The notes under the pieces: generated by a model
Told to the model about the DNA's origin: nothing
Databases searched by the model: none
What the model saw: the letters and a program-made list of their open reading frames with translations, nothing else
Virus record (IMG/VR): IMGVR_UViG_3300025789_000020
Source of the DNA: a virus
DNA length: 64,000 bases
Strand: one strand, 5' to 3'
Position numbers and translations under genes: made by a program
Shown: piece after piece, positions 40,537-48,897 of the stretch
Layout of the letters: each line of letters opens with the position of its first letter
How positions within the stretch are numbered: position 1 is the first letter of the stretch

Positions 40537-41190
40537 ATGCAAGAATTTAAAAACATCGGTTATCATCTATGGCAAATGGATGAAGGGCTGATACAGGCAG
40601 TTGAAGAGGAAGTTGAAGAAGTACGTCAAACTATAGATTTTACCACGCCCAATGGCTTGGTTAATCACAAGGGTTTCCTCAAGCGTACAGTACCACATCT
40701 AGAGCAGGCCATCGGTGAACGCATCAAGAGCTATAACCTAACCTATGGATATCCGCATAGCCTACGTGTGCTAGAGCATGGGCGTAGCCTCAAGCTGGAT
40801 CAGGTCTGGGTCAATTGGATGAGCAAGCATGAGTACTATAACATGCACTCACATGGTGGTGTAATGAGCTGGGTTATTTGGCTCAACATACCCTATACTC
40901 GTGCTAGCGAAATTGCCGCCCGTCCCTATGTACCACCTGAAGTTAACTATGCTGGACAGTTTGCTTTTCACTATACCAATGCACTGGGGCAACAGGCCTG
41001 TGAAATGCTCAATACCTACAATGATTGGCGGGGTGTCTTGTGCATATTCCCTTCGGCACTAAACCATTCAGTTATGCCCTTTTACTCTAGTGATGATCTT
41101 AGAGTTAGTATAGCGGGCAACTTTTACTTTGATTTGGGTGCAGAAGACCTGATCAAAACCCGACCAGAGTCAAAGAACATACTGGGCTAA
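40537..41190 (+). CDS. 2OG-Fe(II) oxygenase-like protein
   Basis: WVN...MHSHGG.MSWVIW...FPSALNHSV.PF...RVSIAGN. Confidence 0.82.
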   Translation: MQEFKNIGYHLWQMDEGLIQAVEEEVEEVRQTIDFTTPNGLVNHKGFLKRTVPHLEQAIGERIKSYNLTYGYPHSLRVLEHGRSLKLDQVWVNWMSKHEYYNMHSHGGVMSWVIWLNIPYTRASEIAARPYVPPEVNYAGQFAFHYTNALGQQACEMLNTYNDWRGVLCIFPSALNHSVMPFYSSDDLRVSIAGNFYFDLGAEDLIKTRPESKNILG

Positions 41191-41220
41191 CAGACTGCGG
41201 ATATTTCTATAAATATCTGC

Positions 41221-41478
41221 ATGCCCACATATAACAACTGGGATTATGTTCCGGTACTACATGATTTTGAGTATATAGCCGATATACGCTGGCCTGGGCG
41301 AGTGGGTGAGCAATTGGATTGGATCATAGGCATTACTCACGTAGAATTCTGGCTACTCAAGTACGCAGGCGCCAAATACCAACGTTGGGCTTGGAACATG
41401 GCCACAGAGTCATACCACATATCAGTGGCTTTCAAATACGACAAACACAAGATGCTGTTTCTGCTCAATTATAGCTAG
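41221..41478 (+). CDS. Small hypothetical protein
   Basis: ORF directly after TATAAATA box. Confidence 0.55.
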   Translation: MPTYNNWDYVPVLHDFEYIADIRWPGRVGEQLDWIIGITHVEFWLLKYAGAKYQRWAWNMATESYHISVAFKYDKHKMLFLLNYS

Positions 41479-41568
41479 ACAACCGCGGAGCGCAGAAAAT
41501 TTATAATCGCGAAGCGAGCGCAGATTTTTTATGCTACGAAGTAGCGAGCGGTAAAACACGATCTAGTG

Positions 41569-41796
41569 TTACCGGTCCTGCGCCTCAACCCGAGCACCCA
41601 ACGTGTTAGCACATATGCCCGAGATTAAGGCATTAGGATTCGCACTACGAGCATTAATACGTTCAACGTCCTCTAGAGCCAATTCTAGAGTTTCTATGCG
41701 TGATGACTGTAGATACATCCTGTTACGCAAGTCTGATGCTTGTAGGATGCTTAACAGAGCTGTAATAGCTCTAGATAACCATAAGTGTGTGTTCAT
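41569..41796 (-). CDS. Small hypothetical protein
   Basis: Likely start MNTHLW; weak support. Confidence 0.35.
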   Translation of the reverse strand: MNTHLWLSRAITALLSILQASDLRNRMYLQSSRIETLELALEDVERINARSANPNALISGICANTLGARVEAQDR

Positions 41797-41817
41797 TATG
41801 TATATAGTAAATACACA

Positions 41818-41931
41818 ATGTATCAACTACTAATGCGAATAGCGGACAACAGTCTGCACTATATACTGGCTCTAGTACTTACAGGTATGATGGCTTTTAT
41901 GCTTGGCTTGTTAATCGGTTACGTGTGGTAA
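41818..41931 (+). CDS. 37-aa single-pass membrane microprotein (not in ORF track)
   Basis: MYQLLMRIADNSLHYILALVLTGMMAFMLGLLIGYVW after TAAATA. Confidence 0.45.
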   Translation: MYQLLMRIADNSLHYILALVLTGMMAFMLGLLIGYVW

Positions 41932-41952
41932 ATACACAAAGAGGAATAAAAG

Positions 41953-42669
41953 ATGGGACGACCACTAAAAAAAGCACTATTTGGCAACACTAACTTTGGA
42001 CAAGCTGGTACTACTAGCGATGACGGTTTAGGTGGTGGCTATATAGCCAGTATTACACAGTCTAGTAAAGGCTCACCAAACCTAACGGGTACGCTTACAG
42101 TGGTCGTAGATGCACCACAAGAACCAGGTGGTGTACAGGCCACAGCAACAGCCACAGTTGCCAGTGGTAATGTTACATTTGTAGTGACTAATCCAGGTAG
42201 TGGTTACAGATCAAGTGTGTTTGCCACAGTTACTAGTGATAGTGGACAAAATCCAACCGTGCTGGGTTATGTATTTCAAGTGACTATTACTGGTGGAGTA
42301 GAACACTTGAGAATTACAGCTAACATATTGGGTCTAAGCAATAATAAGGCTGACGTCGTTAAACAAATTAATCCACATAGATACTTGGTTAAAAACGCCA
42401 ATGGTACAACAGCCGCACAAGTAGATCCTAATGGACAGTACTACTATGGTAACTGCCCAGATGGTTACATGTTCTTTTACTGTACAGACAATAACTCAGC
42501 TAGATACGTGGTGGGCAAGATTTCAGGACATAGCCTGACTCTATTCCAAGATCCTACAAGCTCAGGATGGTTATTTGCAAGTGGTACTAGTGTGCCGTGG
42601 ATACGTGCTAGTGGAGTAGACGGTGCTCGTAACAACTCTAATGTAACATTAGACACTATACTTAACTAA
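41953..42669 (+). CDS. Putative virion structural protein
   Basis: MGRPLKK start, G.QATATA...TNPGSGY motif, TAAATA box and GAGGA RBS. Confidence 0.6.
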   Translation: MGRPLKKALFGNTNFGQAGTTSDDGLGGGYIASITQSSKGSPNLTGTLTVVVDAPQEPGGVQATATATVASGNVTFVVTNPGSGYRSSVFATVTSDSGQNPTVLGYVFQVTITGGVEHLRITANILGLSNNKADVVKQINPHRYLVKNANGTTAAQVDPNGQYYYGNCPDGYMFFYCTDNNSARYVVGKISGHSLTLFQDPTSSGWLFASGTSVPWIRASGVDGARNNSNVTLDTILN

Positions 42670-42689
42670 CGACTATAAGGTGAATAAAG

Positions 42690-42716
42690 AATGGGTCCTT
42701 AGGGACCTATTTTTTT
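42690..42716 (+). terminator. Intrinsic terminator ending the plus-strand block
   Basis: ATGGGTCC-TTAG-GGACCTAT plus T-run. Confidence 0.8.
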
Positions 42717-42947
42717 GGCTGTAAAAAAAATGTGTCAAGTACTTAGCTGACGGTGCGGGGTGAATTTTTAGCTAGTTTGAGGCCCCCGATTGGGTCCTGT
42801 GCTTCGCACTGAGATTCGCGTAAAAAAATATAGAGAAGTACTTTTAGATTCATCCAGGTGATTTCTACTCGGTGGGTGAAATTTGCATGCGCTGTTGCGT
42901 TTTAGCAACAGTCATTTTGTTTATATGCCCCCCACCCCTCGCAGAAA

Positions 42948-43280
42948 TTATCTTTTCGGTATCCGGTAGCTGACGGCTTGTGCTGTGACAGTTTTCTCAA
43001 TGCCTTCCCGCTCATACTGTTCTTCTAGCTTGCGTAGAGTGTGTCTGCAACGCACACGGGCACCTTCTAGCTTGACGACTACGAACTTCTTACGGTATGT
43101 AATGTACTGCGCTGTACTCGTGTAGGCTAGCTCTAAGCCTAGCTGTGTACGCTGTGCTCTAGTACGCTCTTCTAGTGTGTATCGTGTAGAGCATGCATAG
43201 CTCTTCATGCTAGCATCTCTAGCTGCCGCATACGCATAGAACCCTGCAGGCTTAGTGTCTAGTTCTTTAGCTTGTAACAT
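42948..43280 (-). CDS. Hypothetical early protein
   Basis: Own sigma70 promoter and AGGAGCGAA RBS. Confidence 0.7.
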   Translation of the reverse strand: MLQAKELDTKPAGFYAYAAARDASMKSYACSTRYTLEERTRAQRTQLGLELAYTSTAQYITYRKKFVVVKLEGARVRCRHTLRKLEEQYEREGIEKTVTAQAVSYRIPKR

Positions 43281-43318
43281 AGTGTTCGCTCCTGTGTTGT
43301 GTGTATGTGTATATTATA

Positions 43319-43564
43319 CTAGAAGGTGTCGCTCAAGTCAACTACACGACCTTCTGCATCATAGGTCGTGTCATCGATCTCGTATGCGTTTAGGCAGTCG
43401 TTGATGTAGAGTACAGGACCTTCGTCGTACTCACGAACACCTACCATGCTGGCATCTACTTCGCACTCGTATTCTTGATTCATAGCCATCTTTACGGGCA
43501 GGCTAGGGTCTACCTTGTTTAAGATACGGATTAGGTCTGCTACTGTGATTGTGTCTGATCTCAT
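43319..43564 (-). CDS. Hypothetical early protein
   Basis: Own promoter, AGGAA RBS. Confidence 0.7.
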   Translation of the reverse strand: MRSDTITVADLIRILNKVDPSLPVKMAMNQEYECEVDASMVGVREYDEGPVLYINDCLNAYEIDDTTYDAEGRVVDLSDTF

Positions 43565-43644
43565 TGTGTTTCCTTTGTTTCTTTGTTGCTATGTATCTAT
43601 TATACTGCCAAATAATAACCCAGTCAACTGGCGGCTCTTTGGTC

Positions 43645-43784
43645 AAAAAAAAAGCCCTAAACATGCCGGGAGCGAATCGGGCTTACGAGTTTAGGGCTAA
43701 GAAACCTTTGCCGTAGGGACTTGGGTTTCTTGGTGGACTAGTTGCCGGGAGCGAATCGTTGGCTAGTCCATACTACAACAGTTC
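43645..43784 (-). ncRNA. Candidate 3'UTR-derived sRNA: three hairpins plus terminator, two loops antisense to the early-gene RBS
   Basis: Stems TGGACTAG/CTAGTCCA, AAGAAACC/GGTTTCTT, AGCCCTAAAC/GTTTAGGGCT followed by T-run; 16-nt repeat CGATTCGCTCCCGGCA in hairpins 1 and 3. Confidence 0.7.
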
Positions 43785-44648
43785 TTAGCGACTGCCTTTC
43801 ATACATGTTACTTCTGCTACAGCTTCCCACTTGCTAGGGAATGTCATGCGCAGATCTGCAATCTTCAATACCATACGCAGGCTCAGCTCGCGCATCTTAG
43901 CGGCATTAGTCTGTACAAAGTCTACAACCTGTTGCTTGGCAACTTCGTCTAGTTCGTACTCGTCCAACATACCACAGTCACGTACTACCTGTTTGATGCG
44001 GAGGATCTTCTCACGCTCTGTGTCGATAGTAAGGTCCAAATAGTGACAACGTGACTCGATAGCTTCCAAGTGATCCTTCAGCTTCTTTGAGCGCACGTGC
44101 TCGAACTTGATGTTGGTAATAAAGATAGCACCACCTTTGAACTCGAATGAGTTTGGTACGCCTTGATCCTTAAGCAAACGGCTATCCGTATTCCAGTGGA
44201 TCATACGCTTCTTACCTGAGTCCAGAGCAGCCTTTAGAATGTTCAAGCTCAAGTCATCTAACAGTACTGAGTCACAGTCATCGAACACTAGGATACTCTT
44301 CTTGTCTGAGTATTCATACAGCTTTGAGTACAAGCCAAGCGCACTCATTGCACCTTTAACCACTTGATACTTCTTCAACTTGCCGTCTTGCGCAACGTTG
44401 GCAAATACGTCATGCTTTGACAAGACTTTCTCAACACCAAAGCTCTTGCCTACGCCTGGGGGGCCTGTTACGATCATAGCCTTGACATCGCCCTTCTTAA
44501 CAGCACGTGTCATGTCTTCTAGAATCTCAAAGCGATCAGCAAGTCTCTGCATGATCTCTTCATCTGTTTCTGTAAGTACTTTGGTCACTGGCGCCTGCTC
44601 TAGGCTCTTAGTTGTTCCCAAATCCAATGCATTAATAATTCTGCTCAT
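43785..44648 (-). CDS. AAA+-type P-loop ATPase
   Basis: Walker A GPPGVGKS, Walker B LVFDDCD, LKAALD, IFITN, SRC. Confidence 0.85.
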   Translation of the reverse strand: MSRIINALDLGTTKSLEQAPVTKVLTETDEEIMQRLADRFEILEDMTRAVKKGDVKAMIVTGPPGVGKSFGVEKVLSKHDVFANVAQDGKLKKYQVVKGAMSALGLYSKLYEYSDKKSILVFDDCDSVLLDDLSLNILKAALDSGKKRMIHWNTDSRLLKDQGVPNSFEFKGGAIFITNIKFEHVRSKKLKDHLEAIESRCHYLDLTIDTEREKILRIKQVVRDCGMLDEYELDEVAKQQVVDFVQTNAAKMRELSLRMVLKIADLRMTFPSKWEAVAEVTCMKGSR

Positions 44649-44696
44649 AAGTTACGCTCCTATGTGTTGTGTTGAAGTAGTAATTATACTGTCTAA

Positions 44697-44828
44697 TCAT
44701 TGGCCTGTCAACGCCATTTGGACTAATGCCAAACCCGCCAACACTGCCATAAACAAGGCTGTTTCACTGTCAGTGGCCAAATTGACTAGGGATCCTATCA
44801 CAGCGGCTATGATGTAGATCGTCTTCAT
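44697..44828 (-). CDS. Small membrane protein
   Basis: Likely start MKTIYII; hydrophobic; overlap-coupled. Confidence 0.5.
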   Translation of the reverse strand: MKTIYIIAAVIGSLVNLATDSETALFMAVLAGLALVQMALTGQ

Positions 44829-44998
44829 TTTACTAGACACCAAATGACTACACCTACGCCAAATAAGATCTTCATCCACAGGAACGGTCCCATGAATATG
44901 ATCAAGCCAAAGAACAAGAGAGCAAACATGCCTACCAGTTCGATCATCATGAGTCCTAGACCCACGATGACCATAAAGCCTAGGACCGATGCAAACAT
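44825..44998 (-). CDS. Small membrane protein
   Basis: Likely start MFASVLGF coupled to upstream stop; two hydrophobic segments. Confidence 0.5.
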   Translation of the reverse strand: MFASVLGFMVIVGLGLMMIELVGMFALLFFGLIIFMGPFLWMKILFGVGVVIWCLVK

Positions 44999-45321
44999 TA
45001 GTCTAACCTGCTTCCTGCGTAGGCCTTCAAGCCTAGTGCCTGCAGGTATGTGGCCATAGCGTCTGCACCCGCTTCTTTGATGTCTACATTCTGCACACCA
45101 AGTCCACCTGGGTTCCACATGCTCAAGCACTTGGGCTTATAGTCCTTGCGGAAACCTGCGGCAATCAACTCTTTGGCCTGCTTTGAGTTAGTACGATCCA
45201 CATAGACGTCTACCCAAGCAAAGCCACATGCGTACATGTCGCCGCCCATCTTTTGGTAAGCGGCCAATGAAGCCTGCTCTGCCAACTCTTTGCCCTTTGC
45301 AATCTGTTCTGCTGTAATCAT
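44998..45321 (-). CDS. Hypothetical early protein
   Basis: CGFAWV...Q..KEAGA.A...L...G..AY..SRLD; own promoter and RBS. Confidence 0.75.
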   Translation of the reverse strand: MITAEQIAKGKELAEQASLAAYQKMGGDMYACGFAWVDVYVDRTNSKQAKELIAAGFRKDYKPKCLSMWNPGGLGVQNVDIKEAGADAMATYLQALGLKAYAGSRLD

Positions 45322-45365
45322 AAGTTTCGCTCCTATAATGTGTTGTTGAAGTAGTTATTATACTG

Positions 45366-45656
45366 TCAAGCCAGCTCAGCGTCAACCACTGTAAGCATAT
45401 TGGCCGGAACTTTCCACAAGCCCATGCCTGTGTTGACTGTGACGTATTTAATGGCAATTTTGGTAACGAAACCGCGCATGGCACGTCCGGTCTTTGAGCT
45501 GGTAAACTCGACATTATCGCCTACGCAGATTGATGCTTTGGTGCGCTCAGCAAGGCGTCCGCGATTCCATTTGACTGCATCGATCATGCTGGACAATTCA
45601 GTGTTGGTCCAATTGCCAAACATGATAGCTTGGTTAACTTCTTGAATGGTTTTCAT
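45366..45656 (-). CDS. Hypothetical protein with SH3/KOW-like C-terminus
   Basis: VGDNVEF...G.V.KI..K.V.V....WKVPA.ML; own promoter and RBS. Confidence 0.7.
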   Translation of the reverse strand: MKTIQEVNQAIMFGNWTNTELSSMIDAVKWNRGRLAERTKASICVGDNVEFTSSKTGRAMRGFVTKIAIKYVTVNTGMGLWKVPANMLTVVDAELA

Positions 45657-45699
45657 CTTCGCTCCTGTGTGTGTTTAAGCCTTAATTATACAGCCAATC

Positions 45700-46029
45700 T
45701 TACTCAGTGTCAACCTCTTCGTTGAGGTGATCAAAGCAGTCTTGCACCCTGCTGGACTCAGTAGTGAAGAAAGTGTAATCCCCACAAGTCTTGCGACCCT
45801 CGTCCTCTTTGATGTATTCGAAGCCACCATAGTAGTCGATGGCGCTGGAGTGGCTCACAGCAATCACTTCCTCATCCCTGTCAATGTACACAGGACCACA
45901 GCGCACATCCAAGCCCAGCTCGGTAGGGCTCGAGCGTTCCATCTTGCGTACATGACGCTCCACAACTTCATTCACACAATCAATCATGTCCAGTGTTGAA
46001 TCAAAATCACAATCTGTAAAATAACCCAT
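45700..46029 (-). CDS. Hypothetical early protein
   Basis: Own promoter and RBS. Confidence 0.7.
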   Translation of the reverse strand: MGYFTDCDFDSTLDMIDCVNEVVERHVRKMERSSPTELGLDVRCGPVYIDRDEEVIAVSHSSAIDYYGGFEYIKEDEGRKTCGDYTFFTTESSRVQDCFDHLNEEVDTE

Positions 46030-46065
46030 GTTTCGCTCCTATGTGTTGTTTAAGTCTTAATTATA

Positions 46066-46206
46066 CTACCAAAGGGTAGGGTTGTCAATAACCCTACGAC
46101 GATAGTGGGTAATGCCTTCTTCTACAATGATGGCCACAAGTAGTAGCACTAGGAACGCCCATAAGGGCCATGTGTATAAGAACGCCAGTGTAAGTTGATC
46201 AATCAT
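46066..46206 (-). CDS. 46-aa membrane microprotein (not in ORF track)
   Basis: MIDQLTLAFLYTWPLWAFLVLLLVAIIVEEG...; GGAGG upstream; overlaps previous stop. Confidence 0.5.
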   Translation of the reverse strand: MIDQLTLAFLYTWPLWAFLVLLLVAIIVEEGITHYRRRVIDNPTLW

Positions 46207-46423
46207 AATCTTTCTTGCCTCCAAATTGTTCGTTATACTGATAGCCTGCTAGGTATGCCTGCACTTCAGCAGGTGTAAGCTCTGTGATGCGTGGGCCACT
46301 GTCGCCACCTACGCCACCCCTGTGTGGATTGCGAGGACGTGAGTACCAACTGTCTGCTGAGCCACGATCAAATGGTGAACCATGACTGGTATCATAGTTA
46401 TCACGGGTTTCTTGTGTAATCAT
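46199..46423 (-). CDS. Hypothetical early protein
   Basis: HGSPFDRGSADSWY.R...AYLAGY; AGGAG RBS. Confidence 0.75.
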   Translation of the reverse strand: MITQETRDNYDTSHGSPFDRGSADSWYSRPRNPHRGGVGGDSGPRITELTPAEVQAYLAGYQYNEQFGGKKDYD

Positions 46424-46797
46424 ACTGTCTCCTTATTGAAGTAACCATAGGGCAAGCCCTGAGTGAAACAGAAATACTCGTAGTCGCCATTGGCGCCTTC
46501 AGCATCCATCAGCCATGCAATCACTCGCTGACGGTTGGTGCTGGTGTGCATGAGGTTAGTGACACGATCTTCAAATGCCACAACGGCACGAGCTTCGGAC
46601 TCTAACTGGTCCTTGTAGTTGGCTTCAATAGTCCGGCTCAACTGAACGAACTCAGCTTCAAACTCTGCTTCAGTCCAGTTGGTGGTATCGATACCGCGTG
46701 GGCGAACGCCATAGGCATCCTTATACATATCCCAGTATTGGCAGGCATATTGCTCTAGCACGGACATCTCTTCCCAGCTCTTAAATTCGTTGCTCAT
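46420..46797 (-). CDS. Hypothetical early protein
   Basis: True start MSNEFKSW after AGGAGCGAA; WDMYKDAYGVRPR. Confidence 0.75.
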   Translation of the reverse strand: MSNEFKSWEEMSVLEQYACQYWDMYKDAYGVRPRGIDTTNWTEAEFEAEFVQLSRTIEANYKDQLESEARAVVAFEDRVTNLMHTSTNRQRVIAWLMDAEGANGDYEYFCFTQGLPYGYFNKETV

Positions 46798-47050
46798 AGT
46801 GTTCGCTCCTATTTGCTGTTTGTATGTGTATATTATACTGCGGTTTGGGCTGGGCGTCAACCAGTTTTGCCAGTTCTTCAAGGGTAGTAACAAAATGAAA
46901 ACGCCGGGTGTTATTGTAACATTGTTCATAGCCTTGAACGCTGAATTCATACTTGAACAAACGAATGATGTAGTCGTCACCAATGTCCTCGGCAGAGAGC
47001 AAAGGGTAGTCGTACTCTTTGCCAAAATATGTGATAATAACTGTTTTCAT
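46781..47050 (-). CDS. Hypothetical early protein
   Basis: Own promoter and AGGAG; 3' end reads through the next promoter cassette. Confidence 0.6.
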   Translation of the reverse strand: MKTVIITYFGKEYDYPLLSAEDIGDDYIIRLFKYEFSVQGYEQCYNNTRRFHFVTTLEELAKLVDAQPKPQYNIHIQTANRSEHYEQRI

Positions 47051-47247
47051 TTTGGACTCCTGCTTTGTCTTGCTATGTCATTATTATAACTGAATCTAGC
47101 CAAACTGTCAATAACCCTAGAGGATGAAAGGGTATTATTGGTATGCCCAGCGATGCCGTCCATCCCGTCGCCTTCGAATCATAATTATAAGGCATTTTGG
47201 GGATCTAGTCAAGAGAAAAGGTGTTGCGTCGCCACAACACCTTTGAA

Positions 47248-47324
47248 TGGTGGGCCCACCTGGACTCGAACCAGGGACCAAAGGATTATGAGTCCTCTGC
47301 TCTAACCAACTGAGCTATAGGCCC
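47248..47324 (-). tRNA. tRNA with CAT anticodon, most like tRNA-Ile2 (lysidine); Met not excluded
   Basis: GGGCCTA TAGCTCAGTTGGTTAGAGC...CTCATAA...GGTTCGAGTCC...TGGGCCC ACCA; 77 nt with encoded CCA. Confidence 0.93.
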
Positions 47325-47500
47325 TGATATCGCCTTACTTCTTTAAGGTCATCATCCGTGTCTTCCAGTATGTAAACCTCATCGCAGAACTCTCGTTCAA
47401 CTTCTGCGATCTCTTCTGCTTCTTTTAGGGTAGGAACGCACTCGATCAGCTCTTCATGCTGATCGGTGATCCCCCATACTTCGTACTGGATAAACGGCAT
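47315..47500 (-). CDS. Small acidic hypothetical protein
   Basis: Clean ORF; stop lies inside tRNA 5' end. Confidence 0.6.
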   Translation of the reverse strand: MPFIQYEVWGITDQHEELIECVPTLKEAEEIAEVEREFCDEVYILEDTDDDLKEVRRYQGL

Positions 47501-47503
47501 AGC

Positions 47504-47857
47504 TTAGAAAGGAGCGTTTTCGTCCTCAGTTACAGCAACCTTTGCAGTTGCCTTAGCCTTAGGTGCTGTGGCCTTAACAGCTTTAGCAGGAGCCTTTGCT
47601 GTAGTCTTAGGAGCCTTCTCGTCCAAGTACTCTGCAATCGCTGACTGAGCACTTGCATCAGCAAACTCAGGCCATGTAGCGATAGTCTTAACAGCATCGT
47701 ATTTGGTCATTGCTGAATCCAGCTGTACCAAACGAGTGTCTTCGTGACCGTGCTTCTCAAGAACCTTGACACGCATTGTATCATTGGCAAAGCGAACTTT
47801 GTACTCGCCAGCGAGTTTAGATACACCAACAACTGTAAACAATTTATCTGTAGCCAT
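47504..47857 (-). CDS. Hypothetical protein with Lys/Ala-rich tail (possible DNA binder)
   Basis: KAPKTTAKAPAKAVKATAPKAKA; GAGGT RBS, own promoter. Confidence 0.7.
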   Translation of the reverse strand: MATDKLFTVVGVSKLAGEYKVRFANDTMRVKVLEKHGHEDTRLVQLDSAMTKYDAVKTIATWPEFADASAQSAIAEYLDEKAPKTTAKAPAKAVKATAPKAKATAKVAVTEDENAPF

Positions 47858-47955
47858 TTTAAAATACCTCTTCTGTGTGTGTTAAAAATATGCATTAGAG
47901 CCAATCTCTTCTGCATGTCCTAATTATACAACTATTATGGTTAGTTGTCAACCAT

Positions 47956-48207
47956 TTACTTCTTCTTTTGGCGAACCAAAGTTTGTGGCTTTTTCACAAC
48001 AGTTCCGAACTCTTTCTCAGTGTAGAATTTAATTAGAGTTCGCTGAATCATTGTAACCAAATCCCCGTGATCTTCGTCAACTACGAATCGAAACGGGCAT
48101 TGCCCCCAGGATCCGGTTTGAACGAAGTTATGGTAGTGTAACCTATGGGTTTTGTTACTGGGATCAAATACAACCCAAGGCCTACCAAATAGGTTCAGCT
48201 TACTCAT
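47956..48207 (-). CDS. Hypothetical protein
   Basis: RPWVVFDPSNK.HR...W..CP.RF. Confidence 0.7.
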   Translation of the reverse strand: MSKLNLFGRPWVVFDPSNKTHRLHYHNFVQTGSWGQCPFRFVVDEDHGDLVTMIQRTLIKFYTEKEFGTVVKKPQTLVRQKKK

Positions 48208-48331
48208 GCGCCTTTACCCATTGTCTAATTACTGCTTCTAGGGCTGTGAAATCATACTCGGACTGTTTAGGGCGCACTCGATCAGTCTGCTTCTGATCGT
48301 GCTCAGTGTTTAGTTCTTTATTCGTTTTCAT
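48200..48331 (-). CDS. 43-aa microprotein (not in ORF track)
   Basis: MKTNKELNTEH...YDFTALEAVIRQWVKAHE fills gap and overlaps both neighbours. Confidence 0.45.
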   Translation of the reverse strand: MKTNKELNTEHDQKQTDRVRPKQSEYDFTALEAVIRQWVKAHE

Positions 48332-48896
48332 TTTCTTCTTCTTCGTAGTTAGCAATCGTTTCTGAAATTCCAAACATCTCGTCTAGGACCTCTGGGATAG
48401 CGTCTTTGACTGTTTCACTAGTCAGTCCGCCGATGTCATAGCAGTCATCGCCATTCTCGTCAAAGATGCCAGCAAAGGCCATGCCGGGCTCGTAGTAGTA
48501 GAGCCTGACTGTGAACCCTTGGTCCATCAAATACTCCATAGCACCTGTAGGTGGACTCCATGCTGAGTCAAATCCAAAGGTAATGTGATCCACATCCCCT
48601 TCTAGTTCAATAGTTTCAATGGCATTGACATCCCATTTGGTGCCCCATTCATTCACACACCAGTCGTACCAATTGGCATAACCATAGGTGCTGAGATTGT
48701 GCATGGTCTGCTCTTGCAGTTTGATCTGCTCAGGGTCTGCGTCATCACCAACTCGCCCTGCTACAATCTGTAGGGCTTCTGGCACTGGCTTGCAGTAGTT
48801 CAAGAACTTGCCTTCATTAACCGCCGCAACTAACTCACGAATCTTGGCAGGGTCGCTGTGACCAATCTCTACTGTGTTATTGCACCAATTTGGCAT
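48318..48896 (-). CDS. DUF1281/YubB ferredoxin-like family protein
   Basis: MPNWCNN, WYDWC...WGTKWD, FDSAWSPP, YYEPG. Confidence 0.8.
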   Translation of the reverse strand: MPNWCNNTVEIGHSDPAKIRELVAAVNEGKFLNYCKPVPEALQIVAGRVGDDADPEQIKLQEQTMHNLSTYGYANWYDWCVNEWGTKWDVNAIETIELEGDVDHITFGFDSAWSPPTGAMEYLMDQGFTVRLYYYEPGMAFAGIFDENGDDCYDIGGLTSETVKDAIPEVLDEMFGISETIANYEEEENENE

Positions 48897-48897
48897 A

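Noticed and set aside
46798-47025. N-terminal extension of the 201-aa ORF in the track
   Set aside because: True start is at 46797 behind its own promoter and AGGAGCGAA; the extension overlaps another gene. Similar over-extended starts were corrected at 8916, 10658, 20417, 54354 and 56461
47248-47324. tRNA as a prophage attachment site
   Set aside because: No integrase, duplicated tRNA 3' end or host genes in the window; both flanks are phage-like
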